A stretch of DNA of 44,285 bases from an uncultured bacterium (GCA_947311825.1 CAMZLY010000083.1:1-44285), one strand, 5' to 3'; counted from the stretch's first letter, positions 8,923 through 19,121 are shown. Numbers and translations are program-made. The notes: a model not told the origin generated them from the letters alone.

Positions 8923-11724
8923 CTACATCTGAATAACATCGGCAAGTTCACGTGCCAAATCGTTAATTCTAAACGGCTTAACTAGGCGTCCCTTAAATCC
9001 ATAATCCGTATAATTCGCCAATACCGGATCAACGGAATAACCACTAGAGACAATAACCTTAACATCTGAGTTTACCTCTAAAAACTTATTAATCGCATCC
9101 TTACCGCCCATACCACCAGGAATGGTTAGATCCATAATCACTATATCAAATGGAGTCCCTGCCTTATCCGCAGCAATATATTTTTCAAGTGCCTCAACAC
9201 CATCACGGGCAGACTCGCAAGTATAGCCACACGCTTTCAACATAGCCTTTGATATTTTTATAATTATTTCTTCATCATCCATTACCAATATATGCCCCAA
9301 TGGAGATTCTGTTTTTCTTATAACTTCAATTTTGGTTGCTTTATTAAGTTTCTCAGAAGATTTCTCTGCCGGCAATAGAACTGTAAATGTTGTACCAACA
9401 CCCACCGTAGAAACAACACTAATATCACCATTATGCTTAGCAATAATGCTCTGTACAGTTGCTAGTCCTAAGCCATTGCCGGATTGTTTTGTACTAAAAT
9501 ATGGATCAAAAATCTTATCTAAATCTTTTGCCGCAATACCACAGCCATTATCGCTAATAGTAAGTTTAACAAAATCTCCAGACAATTCGGGATGTGCAGA
9601 ATCGGAAATGTTCTTAACATTTTCAGCATCAATACATAAAGTGCCACCCTGCGGCATCGCCTGATCAGCATTAATTGTTAAATTGGCAACCACCTGATTG
9701 AGCTGACCTTTGTCAGCCTTAACCTGCCACAAATCATCGGGCAAGTTAAACTGAGCCTTTACATTACTTCCACTTAGATTAAACTTTACGGACTCAGTAA
9801 CCACATCCTGCAACTCTACTGCGGCTAGAATAGGAACCCCACCTTTCGCAAAAGTTAAAAGTTGCTTTGTTAAATTTTTAGCCCTACTCAGAGCCTGTTC
9901 TGCCATTTCTATGTATTGATATGAGCTATGTTCTTTCAACAATTCACACTTTGCTAGTTCAATATTGCCAAAAAGACCCGTAAGGACATTATTAAAATCA
10001 TGGGCAATGCCACCAGCGAGTACTCCAATTGACTCAAGCTTCTTGGCATTAAGCAGTGCAGACTCAGCCTTTCGTTGAGTTGTTACATCACGGAAAACCA
10101 AAACGACACCACGAATACTGCTATCTGCCCCCCTTATAGGTGCCGCACTATCAGAAATATAATACTCTTTACCATCCTTAGAAATCAAAATAGAATCGCT
10201 TGCCAACTCGACAATATGTCCTTTTGCTAAAACCCGATCTACGGGATTGATCACTATTTCCCTTGTCTCTTCATGTATAATACAAAACACTTCCGGCAAC
10301 ATCTTGCCCGCAGCCTCAGCCATACGCCAGCCGGTAATATCCTCAGCGACCGTATTCATCAACTCAATACGCCCAGCAGTGTCTGTTGTAATAACCCCGT
10401 CACCAATAGAATGCAAGGTAACAGCAAGTTGTTCTTTCTCATTATCAAGAGCTTGTCTTGCGAATATTTTATCTTGCAACATTTCATTAGCACTAATCGC
10501 CAACTCATCAAACTCTGAAAACTTTATAGCCCTATGGTCTACCGGCTCATTAGAATGTACCGCTCTCTTGAAGAATGCAATAAATTGACTAAAATCTTTG
10601 TCAAGCCTTGCACTAACTCTATTAAAGAACCACAAGAACAGCAGAATTGTTACAGTAATAAAAGCAATAAACAACAGAAGCTTTTTCTTGATCTGTTGAT
10701 TTAATATCGCTTGTTTTGCTAATATAATCGGCTCAATATCATCTAAATATACACCCGTTGCCAAACAACACCCCCATTCCGGCAAGCCCACAGCAAATGT
10801 AATCTTCTGGCGTTCATCTTCACTTTCTGGTTTGTGCCACCAGTATTTTACACAACCACCATGCTTGTATTTGGAAACCGCAATAAGTTTCTGAACAAAT
10901 TTTGTTCCTTTACTATCAGCCAAATCCCACATGTTTCTATTTATGTGTGTAGGCTGGGTACTATGTGCTAGCACGACACCCTTCCAGTTAATGGCAAAAA
11001 AGTATCCATTTCTCCCGTAATGAGTGCTATTAACTCGTTCTAAGAAATTAGCCTTAACTAGCTTCTCAGCATCATCCATATAAAAACCAGTTCCAATAAT
11101 CCAGTTATACGGCTTGAACATTCTAACATATACTACCCTTCTATACCGATCACCATTTTTATCTGGTTTATTACGGAAGAACTCATAAAAACCTTGTTCT
11201 GACTCTTCCGAAATCTTAATCATATCTTTAACATAATAGTTTCCTGCAACATCCTGACTGTCAAAAAAATTCTTCCCTTCAAGCTCCGGATCATTTTTAC
11301 ATAGAATTTTTGTTCCATCTGAAGAATAAATAAAATAATAACCCTGATTCTGGTCAAATCTTATTGTACGTAAAGCATCTATAATGACCTTTTTTATTTC
11401 AGTATCCGATTTAATATCTTTGTTTTGTTGATAAATATTCTGTGCTATACTACATGCAACATAAGCTCTTGATTTAAGTTTTTTTCTTTCATTAGTGATG
11501 ATTTTTCGTCTATTTACATCAATTAAATCAACAAACCGCTCAGCCTCCCGCTTAATTATCTGCATCTGCTGTTCAATGTAATCAGTACGCATTTTTTTTG
11601 CACTGATATTAAAATCGCGATATGTACTAAAAACATCAATCGAAATTATGCTTATCCCTAATGAAAGCAATAATACCAGCCCCCATAACTTAATAAACTT
11701 AATATAACTGATCTTTTTTTTCAT
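8923..11724 (-). CDS. Membrane hybrid sensor histidine kinase (tandem Cache_2-like, PAS, HisKA, HATPase, REC)
   Basis: Two TM segments flanking two Cache-like units (GYYFIY, GYFFAI), PAS SIGDGVITTD, H-box AGGIAHDFNN, FDPYFSTK/GNGLGL, REC ILVMDDE...DLTIPGG. Confidence 0.92.
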   Translation of the reverse strand: MKKKISYIKFIKLWGLVLLLSLGISIISIDVFSTYRDFNISAKKMRTDYIEQQMQIIKREAERFVDLIDVNRRKIITNERKKLKSRAYVACSIAQNIYQQNKDIKSDTEIKKVIIDALRTIRFDQNQGYYFIYSSDGTKILCKNDPELEGKNFFDSQDVAGNYYVKDMIKISEESEQGFYEFFRNKPDKNGDRYRRVVYVRMFKPYNWIIGTGFYMDDAEKLVKANFLERVNSTHYGRNGYFFAINWKGVVLAHSTQPTHINRNMWDLADSKGTKFVQKLIAVSKYKHGGCVKYWWHKPESEDERQKITFAVGLPEWGCCLATGVYLDDIEPIILAKQAILNQQIKKKLLLFIAFITVTILLFLWFFNRVSARLDKDFSQFIAFFKRAVHSNEPVDHRAIKFSEFDELAISANEMLQDKIFARQALDNEKEQLAVTLHSIGDGVITTDTAGRIELMNTVAEDITGWRMAEAAGKMLPEVFCIIHEETREIVINPVDRVLAKGHIVELASDSILISKDGKEYYISDSAAPIRGADSSIRGVVLVFRDVTTQRKAESALLNAKKLESIGVLAGGIAHDFNNVLTGLFGNIELAKCELLKEHSSYQYIEMAEQALSRAKNLTKQLLTFAKGGVPILAAVELQDVVTESVKFNLSGSNVKAQFNLPDDLWQVKADKGQLNQVVANLTINADQAMPQGGTLCIDAENVKNISDSAHPELSGDFVKLTISDNGCGIAAKDLDKIFDPYFSTKQSGNGLGLATVQSIIAKHNGDISVVSTVGVGTTFTVLLPAEKSSEKLNKATKIEVIRKTESPLGHILVMDDEEIIIKISKAMLKACGYTCESARDGVEALEKYIAADKAGTPFDIVIMDLTIPGGMGGKDAINKFLEVNSDVKVIVSSGYSVDPVLANYTDYGFKGRLVKPFRINDLARELADVIQM

Positions 11725-11841
11725 AATTAATCACTTCATCATAATACAGTGAGAAAAATCACACGACTTATCGTGCCACACATTACTCCCGCAACAAACA
11801 TATTACAAGACATTTATCTTAAAATATATTTTATAGTTTTC

Positions 11842-11871
11842 TTGCTTATAGGTTATATAAGGATTTATAGT
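11842..11871 (+). promoter_or_regulatory. Candidate sigma70 promoter upstream of the structured element and rlmN
   Basis: TTGCTT (11842-47), 18 bp, TATAGT (11866-71); AT-rich context, so a chance match is possible. Confidence 0.35.
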
Positions 11872-11878
11872 ACTGAAT

Positions 11879-12224
11879 ATTAAACCGTTTATTTTACGTT
11901 TGTCGTAAGTTCTCAAAAATATATAGATTTGGGGATATACCACCAGTGGGACAAGCTCACGGGGCCTGTTCCTGTAGGGAGTTTCAGGGATTGCCGTCTA
12001 TGTAGCTGCCGTGTTATGCCACCACAGGGCTTGTCCCAGTGGAGCATTGATTGAAAACTAACATAGCCTGAGGTAACACCCCCTTCCCACCATTTGTGCC
12101 GCTTTGCGGCACAAATGGTGGGGAGGGGAGTTGTGATATCTGTTTTTAGCGAGGTAATCATCGTCCCACTGAGACAAGCCCAGTGGTGACGTTACATAAA
12201 TGTTGTTTAAAAATTAAACCGTTT
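11879..12224. repeat. Structured intergenic element: three REP-like GACAAG-core hairpins plus a 23-bp stem-loop, bounded by a 12-bp direct repeat
   Basis: CCA(C/G)TG(G/A)GACAAGC-type units at 11943-63 (+), 12022-42 (-), 12166-86 (+); stem 12080-12102 pairs with 12106-12128; ATTAAACCGTTT at 11879-90 and 12213-24. Confidence 0.7.
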
Positions 12225-12244
12225 GTCCGGAGAATAGAATATTT

Positions 12245-13279
12245 ATGTTAGACTTAATAAACCTTAAAAACCTTACTTTGCCTGAACTGAAAGAACTAGC
12301 CGCCAGTATTAACGAACCGGCATCAAAAGCAGATCAACTTTTCTCGCATCTTTACCGACCTACTTCTAAATTTTGCCAAATGCATAATATCTCAAGAAAA
12401 TTCCTATCCAAACTAAACAAAATCTCATTTATTACAGAAATGTTGCTACATAAAAGGGAAATATCCGACGACGGTACCATTAAATACGCATTTAAACTTG
12501 CCGATGACAATATTATCGAAAGCGTACTTATCCCAAGCAACGGACGGAACACACTATGCATATCAGCACAAGCAGGATGTGCAATGGGCTGTAAATTTTG
12601 CCTCACCTCAACCATCGGCTTAAAACGCAACCTACAATCATCAGAAATTGTCGGTCAAGTACTATTTGTCATAAAAGAAGTAAAAACCATCCACCAGCAC
12701 ATCAACAACATAGTATTCATGGGCATGGGCGAACCTCTAGCCAACTACGAAAACACCCTAAAAGCATTAGAAATACTACAAGATGAAAAAGGACTGGGCT
12801 TTTCAGACCGTAAAATAACCATTTCAACCTGCGGCATCACCCCCAAACTTATGGAACTAGCAAAAATAAGTAACGTAAACTTAGCAATCTCACTACACGC
12901 TATAGATGAAGCAATGAGAACTGAACTTATGCCAATAAATAAAAAATATCCGCTAAAAGACCTGCTTGCCAACTGCCGAGAGCTATCTGCCGAACAGGGT
13001 CGACAAATACTAATAGAATATATTCTTCTTAAAGGAATAAACGACAGCGAAGCCGATGCCGCATGTTTAGCCAAACAATTAAAAGGATTTAACTGTAAAA
13101 TAAACCTTATCCCATATAACGAAACCCCAGACTTACCCTATAAACAGTCTTCACCAGAAACTACACAAAAGTTCATGGATATCCTATGTAAATCAGGCCA
13201 CCTTACAATCATCCGCCACAGCCGTGGCAACGATATTTCCGCCGCCTGCGGTCAACTTGCCGGGCAACTGAAATTGTAA
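12245..13279 (+). CDS. rlmN: 23S rRNA m2A2503 / tRNA radical-SAM methyltransferase
   Basis: CAMGCKFC radical-SAM motif, FMGMGEP, ISLHA, DISAACGQL. Confidence 0.95.
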   Translation: MLDLINLKNLTLPELKELAASINEPASKADQLFSHLYRPTSKFCQMHNISRKFLSKLNKISFITEMLLHKREISDDGTIKYAFKLADDNIIESVLIPSNGRNTLCISAQAGCAMGCKFCLTSTIGLKRNLQSSEIVGQVLFVIKEVKTIHQHINNIVFMGMGEPLANYENTLKALEILQDEKGLGFSDRKITISTCGITPKLMELAKISNVNLAISLHAIDEAMRTELMPINKKYPLKDLLANCRELSAEQGRQILIEYILLKGINDSEADAACLAKQLKGFNCKINLIPYNETPDLPYKQSSPETTQKFMDILCKSGHLTIIRHSRGNDISAACGQLAGQLKL

Positions 13280-13292
13280 CTGCATTTAAAGA

Positions 13293-13395
13293 TGTAGCGT
13301 TAGCCGTCTCTGCTGTGCCCTCCGTAGCTCGAAGAGCGAAGGATGGGGCCAATCGTCCACGCAGTGGACACAATGTAGAGGGCTTTGCCGCTACA
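13293..13395. repeat. GTAG-bounded inverted element (REP/REPIN-like) with internal hairpins
   Basis: TGTAGCG...CGCTACA inverted termini; internal CC(C)TCC...GGA(T)GG and GTCCAC-GCA-GTGGAC stems. Confidence 0.5.
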
Positions 13396-13407
13396 ACAAG
13401 CAGGCAG

Positions 13408-13523
13408 TAATCTGCGAAAATCTGCGTAATCTGCGGACCACCCTTCTTTTTAATCTGCGAAAATCTGCGTAATCTGCGGATCACCCTTCTTTTTAATCTG
13501 CGAAAATCTGCGTAATCTGCGGA
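13408..13523. repeat. Tandem repeat, 43-bp period, 30-bp core TAATCTGCGAAAATCTGCGTAATCTGCGGA x3
   Basis: Cores at 13408-37, 13451-80, 13494-523 with near-identical 13-bp linkers; exact reverse-complement core at 32434-63. Confidence 0.92.
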
Positions 13524-13640
13524 TTTAGATTGACCTATCATCGTATTTCGCTATAGTTTGCCACGTCTTTTATGAGAACCAAGTTTTTGTTATATACTAT
13601 AAGGTATTGAAATTAAATAAATACAAAGGAGAAGTTAATA

Positions 13641-14585
13641 ATGATCGTTACAACAAAACAACTATTTGACCATGCGTATGGCAAATATGCAGTGGGTGGT
13701 TACAACATCAACAACGCTGAACAAATTATGGGTCTATTCCAGGGTTGCATTGAAAGCAAAGCCCCTTTCATCATCCAACTTTCCCGTGGCGCACGTGCTT
13801 ATACAGATAAACGTATGCTCGAAGGCATGATCCGTTCTGCCGATGAAATCTTTCCTGAAGCTATTTTTGCTGTCCATCTGGACCACGGTACAGAAGAAGT
13901 TGCCATGGATTGTATCAACAGCGGCTTCTACAGCTCTGTTATGATTGATGCCAGCCATGAATCATTTGACGAAAACATCGCTATCACAAAACGTGTAGTT
14001 GATGCCGCTCATGCCAAAGGTATTTCTGTAGAAGCTGAACTTGGTCAGCTCGGTGGCGTAGAAGAAGATATCGTAGTAAGCGAAGAAAGTGCTAACTTGA
14101 CAGTTCCTTCCGAAGCTAAAGAATTTATCGAACGTAGTGGTTGCGATAGCCTTGCCTGTGCATTTGGTACAAGCCACGGTGCATACAAATTCACAAGTTC
14201 ACAAGGACTACACTTCGAAGTAATCAAAGAAATTGCTGCTCTAGTACCAGGATTTCCTATTGTAATGCACGGTTCAAGCTCTGTTCCTCAGGACGAAGTT
14301 GAACGCATCAACGCAGCAGGCGGCAAGCTTGGTGGTGCTAAAGGTGTTGCAGAAGAAGATATTTCTAAAGCTGCACCAATGGGTGTAACGAAAGTAAACA
14401 TTGATACTGATGGTCGCTTGGTATGGTGTCGCGTACATCGTGAATACTTCCGTGATAATCCTGAAGGTTTTGACCTGCGCCCTGCTGGTAAAATTTTCAT
14501 GAGCGAATATGCAAAATATATTGTTCATAAAAATGAAGTACTCGGCAGTGCAGGACAGATTGATGACCTTCGTAAAACTTTATAA
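13641..14585 (+). CDS. fba: Class II fructose-1,6-bisphosphate aldolase
   Basis: VHLDHG, SVMIDAS, VEAELG, GTSHGAYKF, VMHGSS, KVNIDTD; AAGGAG RBS. Confidence 0.95.
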   Translation: MIVTTKQLFDHAYGKYAVGGYNINNAEQIMGLFQGCIESKAPFIIQLSRGARAYTDKRMLEGMIRSADEIFPEAIFAVHLDHGTEEVAMDCINSGFYSSVMIDASHESFDENIAITKRVVDAAHAKGISVEAELGQLGGVEEDIVVSEESANLTVPSEAKEFIERSGCDSLACAFGTSHGAYKFTSSQGLHFEVIKEIAALVPGFPIVMHGSSSVPQDEVERINAAGGKLGGAKGVAEEDISKAAPMGVTKVNIDTDGRLVWCRVHREYFRDNPEGFDLRPAGKIFMSEYAKYIVHKNEVLGSAGQIDDLRKTL

Positions 14586-14694
14586 TTAAACAAAATTTAA
14601 AGCACCCTCTGGACATCAATTATCACAACGATATGCGAACTAAAGAGGGTGCTAACGTGTCCGGCATACAACACCGGCAAACAAGGAGAAACAA

Positions 14695-17600
14695 ATGTCA
14701 GATAAAAATATGATTATGATTGACGGTAATACAGCCGCCGCTCAGGTAGCTCATGCACTCAGCGAAGTGTGTGCAATTTATCCAATCACGCCATCTTCTG
14801 CGATGGGTGAAACTGCAGACGAACTCAGTGCTGCCGGTGTAAAGAATATCTGGGGAACCATCCCTGATGTAGTCGAAATGCAATCCGAAGGTGGTGCTGC
14901 CGGTGCAGTTCACGGTGCACTTACCGCAGGCTCTATGACAACAACATTTACAGCATCCCAGGGATTGCTACTAATGATTCCTAACATGTACAAAATTGCC
15001 GGCGAACTTACTGCTGCAGTATTCCATGTATCAGCCCGCTCAATTGCATGTCAGGCTCTATCCATTTTCGGCGACCATTCCGACGTAATGTCCGTTCGCT
15101 CGACCGGCTGGGCTTTACTTGCCGCAAGTAGCATTCAAGAAATCGGCGATATGGCTCTTCTTGCCCATGCATCAACATTAGAATCAAGAATCCCGTTCGT
15201 ACATTTCTTTGACGGATTCCGTAACTCACACGAGATTCAAAAAGTTGACCAAGTATCACGCGAAACAATCCGTGCTATGATAGATGACGAAATGGTATTT
15301 GCACATCGCGAACGCGGACTAACACCAGATCACCCATCCATTCGCGGTACCGCACAAAACCCTGACGTATTCTTCCAAGGACGCGAAACAGTCAACAAAT
15401 ACTATGACGCAACAGCTGGTATCGTTCAAAAGAACATGGACAAACTTGCAAAAATGACAGGTCGTCAATACAATCTATTTGATTATGTTGGTGCTCCTGA
15501 TGCAGAAAAAATTATTGTTATCATGGGCTCAGGTGCAGAAACTGTGCATGAAGTTGTTGAATACATGAACACAACTGGTGAAAAAGTCGGATTAGTAAAA
15601 GTACGTCTCTACCGTCCTTTTGACGTAAAAGCTTTTGCCGCATCACTTCCTGCATCAGTTAAATCAATTGCCGTACTTGATCGCACAAAAGAGCCTGGCT
15701 CAATTGGCGAACCGCTTTATATTGATGTACGCTCCGCTCTCGGCGAAGCCATGGAAAACAAATGGTATACTGGCGGATGGCCAAGAGTTCTTGGCGGACG
15801 TTATGGCCTAGGTTCAAAAGAATTCACACCGGCAATGGTTAAAGCTATATTTGACAACCTTTCAGCCGAAACTCCTAAAAACCACTTCACCATCGGTATC
15901 AACGACGACGTAACCAACACAAGTCTTGAAGTAGATACGTCTTGGCACATTGCCGATTCCGACAGTTTTGAATGTATGTTCTATGGTTTAGGATCTGATG
16001 GTACTGTTGGTGCCAACAAAAACTCAATCAAGATCATTGGTACAGATACAGACAACTATGCACAGGGGTACTTCGTATATGACTCGAAAAAAGCCGGTGC
16101 AATGACAGTGTCACATCTACGTTTCGGCAAAAAACTCATTCGTAGTCCATACCTATGTACACATGCCGATTTCGTTGCATGCCATAACTTCTCCTTCTTG
16201 GAAAAATATGACATGCTGGCAAACGCCAAAGATGAATCAGTATTCCTACTCGCCAGCCCCTATTCCGCAGAAGAAGTTTGGGATCACATGCCGGACAAAA
16301 TCGAACAGCAAATTATTGATAAAAAAATCAAATTCTACGTAATCGATGCAATCAAAATTGCACATGATCTCGGACTTGGTGCACGTATCAATACTATCAT
16401 GCAGGCATGCTTCTTTGAAATATCCGGTATTTTACCTAGCGAACAAGCTGTAGCTTCCTTAAAGAATGCTATCAAGAAATCGTACGGCAAAAAAGGTGAT
16501 GCAGTTGTTCAAATGAACTACAGTGCCGTTGATGGTGCAGTAGCAGGTCTGGCAAAGGTAGAAGTTCCTGCCGCAGTTGCTGGCAAAGTTAAAATGCCAT
16601 TAACCGTATCTGCTGATGCTCCTGACTTTGTTCAAGATGTAACAGCAGTACTAATGCGTCAAGAAGGAGACTCGCTACCAGTAAGCAAGATGCCTGCTGA
16701 TGGAACATGGCCAACCTCAACTACACAATACGAAAAACGTAATATCGCAGTTGATGTACCAGCTTGGGACAACAGCCTATGTATCCAATGTGGACGCTGT
16801 TCATTAGTTTGCCCACATGCCGCAATACGTATCAAAGCTTATGATCCAAAAGCACTTGATAACGCTCCTGAAAGCTTCAAATCACTTGACGCTAAGGGCA
16901 AAGATTATGCTGGCATGAAATACACTGTTCAGGTTGCTCCTGAAGATTGTACCGGTTGCGGAATTTGCGTTGAAATGTGCCCTGGTCGCGAACGTGACGA
17001 AAATAAACAGGAAACAGGTCGTCGTGCAATCAACATGGAACCACAACTTCCAATCCGTGAGCAAGAAGAAACAAACTTTGAATTCTTCCTCACTGTACCT
17101 GAAGTAGATTCAGACCTTTACAATGTTGCAACAATAAAAGGAAGCCAGATGGCACAGCCATTATTTGAGTTCTCCGGTGCTTGTGCAGGTTGTGGGGAAA
17201 CACCATACATCAAGTTGCTAACACAGCTCGTTGGTGACCGGGCGTTAATTGCAAATGCAACAGGTTGTTCATCAATCTACGGTGGTAACCTACCAACCAC
17301 ACCATACTGTACACGTCCAGATGGACGTGGTCCTGCATGGTCCAACTCACTCTTCGAAGATAACGCAGAGTTTGGTCTTGGTATGTGTCTGACAGTAGAT
17401 AAGTTCACCGCTTATGCACGTGAACTTGCCGAAACAATCAAAACAGAGGAATGCTGTAGTGAAGTTTCAAATGACCTTCTAACAGCCGTACTTGACGCTG
17501 ATCAATCAACAAAGAACCTAATCGAAGCACAGCGAAAACGTGTTGCAGAGCTAAAAACTCAACTCGAAAAATGCGATTGTGCAAGCTGTAAAAACCTATT

Positions 17601-18267
17601 CACACTTGCCGATTACCTCGTCAAGAAATCCATCTGGATTGTTGGTGGTGACGGCTGGGCTTATGACATCGGTTACGGTGGTTTAGATCATACCTTGGCA
17701 TCAGGACGTAACATCAACGTACTCGTACTTGATACCGAAGTATATTCCAACACCGGTGGACAAGCCTCAAAAGCAACTCCAATGGGTGCCGTAGCTAAGT
17801 TTGCTGCCTCCGGCAAACCTTCAATGAAGAAGGAACTCGGACTAATGGCAATGACTTATGGTGATGTATACGTAGCCACAGTTGCAATGGGAGCAAATGC
17901 AAATCAAGTAGTAAAGGCATTCATCGAAGCAGAAGCTTACGACGGACCTTCACTGATCATTGCATACTCACACTGTATTGCACATGGTATCGATATGAAA
18001 AAGGGATACGCAGAACAGGATGATGCCGTAAAATCCGGTCATTATCCACTATACCGTTACAACCCTGACCTAACAGCTCAAGGCAAAAACCCATTCATAT
18101 TGGACAGCAAAAAGCCAACCATGAAATTCAGTGAACATGCTCTAAAAGAAAACCGGTTCCGTGTACTAACAACCACCAAACCGGAAAACTCAAAAGAGCT
18201 ACTAGCCACAGCCGATAGAATTGTCGAAGAACGCTTCGCCAAACTAGAAAAAATGGCTGAACAATAA
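14695..18267 (+). CDS. nifJ: Pyruvate:ferredoxin/flavodoxin oxidoreductase (NifJ type)
   Basis: YPITPS, MQSEGGAAG, two CxxCxxCxxxCP ferredoxin motifs, GACAGCGE, GGDGWAYDIG TPP motif; 1190 aa. Confidence 0.97.
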   Translation: MSDKNMIMIDGNTAAAQVAHALSEVCAIYPITPSSAMGETADELSAAGVKNIWGTIPDVVEMQSEGGAAGAVHGALTAGSMTTTFTASQGLLLMIPNMYKIAGELTAAVFHVSARSIACQALSIFGDHSDVMSVRSTGWALLAASSIQEIGDMALLAHASTLESRIPFVHFFDGFRNSHEIQKVDQVSRETIRAMIDDEMVFAHRERGLTPDHPSIRGTAQNPDVFFQGRETVNKYYDATAGIVQKNMDKLAKMTGRQYNLFDYVGAPDAEKIIVIMGSGAETVHEVVEYMNTTGEKVGLVKVRLYRPFDVKAFAASLPASVKSIAVLDRTKEPGSIGEPLYIDVRSALGEAMENKWYTGGWPRVLGGRYGLGSKEFTPAMVKAIFDNLSAETPKNHFTIGINDDVTNTSLEVDTSWHIADSDSFECMFYGLGSDGTVGANKNSIKIIGTDTDNYAQGYFVYDSKKAGAMTVSHLRFGKKLIRSPYLCTHADFVACHNFSFLEKYDMLANAKDESVFLLASPYSAEEVWDHMPDKIEQQIIDKKIKFYVIDAIKIAHDLGLGARINTIMQACFFEISGILPSEQAVASLKNAIKKSYGKKGDAVVQMNYSAVDGAVAGLAKVEVPAAVAGKVKMPLTVSADAPDFVQDVTAVLMRQEGDSLPVSKMPADGTWPTSTTQYEKRNIAVDVPAWDNSLCIQCGRCSLVCPHAAIRIKAYDPKALDNAPESFKSLDAKGKDYAGMKYTVQVAPEDCTGCGICVEMCPGRERDENKQETGRRAINMEPQLPIREQEETNFEFFLTVPEVDSDLYNVATIKGSQMAQPLFEFSGACAGCGETPYIKLLTQLVGDRALIANATGCSSIYGGNLPTTPYCTRPDGRGPAWSNSLFEDNAEFGLGMCLTVDKFTAYARELAETIKTEECCSEVSNDLLTAVLDADQSTKNLIEAQRKRVAELKTQLEKCDCASCKNLFTLADYLVKKSIWIVGGDGWAYDIGYGGLDHTLASGRNINVLVLDTEVYSNTGGQASKATPMGAVAKFAASGKPSMKKELGLMAMTYGDVYVATVAMGANANQVVKAFIEAEAYDGPSLIIAYSHCIAHGIDMKKGYAEQDDAVKSGHYPLYRYNPDLTAQGKNPFILDSKKPTMKFSEHALKENRFRVLTTTKPENSKELLATADRIVEERFAKLEKMAEQ

Positions 18268-18279
18268 AAAACACAAACC

Positions 18280-18313
18280 AAAGCCGGACTGAGCAATCAG
18301 TCCGGCTTTTTTT
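18280..18313 (+). terminator. Rho-independent terminator after PFOR
   Basis: AAAGCCGGACTGA-GCAA-TCAGTCCGGCTTT stem with GNRA loop ending in a T-tract. Confidence 0.9.
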
Positions 18314-18396
18314 GTACCAGTCTTTTTCACAGTCATTTCCACACTTAGTCTCTCACATTTAGTCGTCGAAGTGAAAAGGACTAGGTGTACAAAAGG

Positions 18397-19038
18397 CTAA
18401 GCCCTGCAAAGACGGGTTATAAAATCACTTTGTCTAAGAACAACAAATGCAATTATCCCGGTAAGTACACCACCAGCATGACAAATCGTTAGTGGCGTTC
18501 CCACATCACCAAGGTGTAAAAAAGCAAACATAACTTTACCTGTTAATACCTCTATAATACTTTTTATGACTACTACCCACAGTCCAATTATTCCTATACG
18601 CTGTAATTTAATATCAGCCGATGATGTAGCAATCTCTAATGCACTCACCGCCATCAGACCATGTGCTATACCGGATAATCCACAAAGGCCTCCGTCAAAT
18701 ATTTCCGGTGATAACATCGAAATCCCAAGGCTACCTATCGCACAAAAAACCACATACAAAACTCGCTTTAACCAAGACGGCTCTAATATTCCGTGATACA
18801 AAAGCATAAACGCACCTACATCAAGCAATAAATGATACCAGGAAACATGGATGAAAGGATAAGTTATAACCCGCCACCATTCCCCCGCACCAACCTCTGC
18901 CGGGGAAAAAATATAATTATAAAACTGATGACCAAAGAGCATCGGAATATTAATTATACAAATCACCGCCAGGAACAACCAAAGTTCTAAGCGATGAATT
19001 ATTTTATCAGTAAAAAAGTTTTTTGCTATCGTTTTCAT
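18397..19038 (-). CDS. rrtA: Rhombosortase-like rhomboid intramembrane serine protease
   Basis: GEWWRVIT, HVSWYHLLLD, catalytic GLSGIAHG and ICHAGG. Start uncertain: ATG 19038 preferred, ORF open to 19110. Directly downstream of a protein with a GlyGly-CTERM-like tail. Confidence 0.8.
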   Translation of the reverse strand: MKTIAKNFFTDKIIHRLELWLFLAVICIINIPMLFGHQFYNYIFSPAEVGAGEWWRVITYPFIHVSWYHLLLDVGAFMLLYHGILEPSWLKRVLYVVFCAIGSLGISMLSPEIFDGGLCGLSGIAHGLMAVSALEIATSSADIKLQRIGIIGLWVVVIKSIIEVLTGKVMFAFLHLGDVGTPLTICHAGGVLTGIIAFVVLRQSDFITRLCRA

Positions 19039-19121
19039 TTTTGTATCCAGTGAGATTTTTGTGACAGAATCATCTTTTTTTTGAGTATGCGGGCGATCTC
19101 TCGCCCACACACTCGGATAAT

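Noticed and set aside
11913-12161. 82-aa ORF on the minus strand
   Set aside because: Runs through hairpin repeats with no recognisable motif; likely spurious.
13408-13523. Possible mini CRISPR array (30-bp repeat x3)
   Set aside because: Spacers are only 13 bp and nearly identical, the repeat is itself internally tandem, and there are no cas genes in the window.
13209-13541. 110-aa ORF with repeated RRLRRFSQI/ADYADF
   Set aside because: Translation of the tandem repeat, overlapping rlmN antisense.
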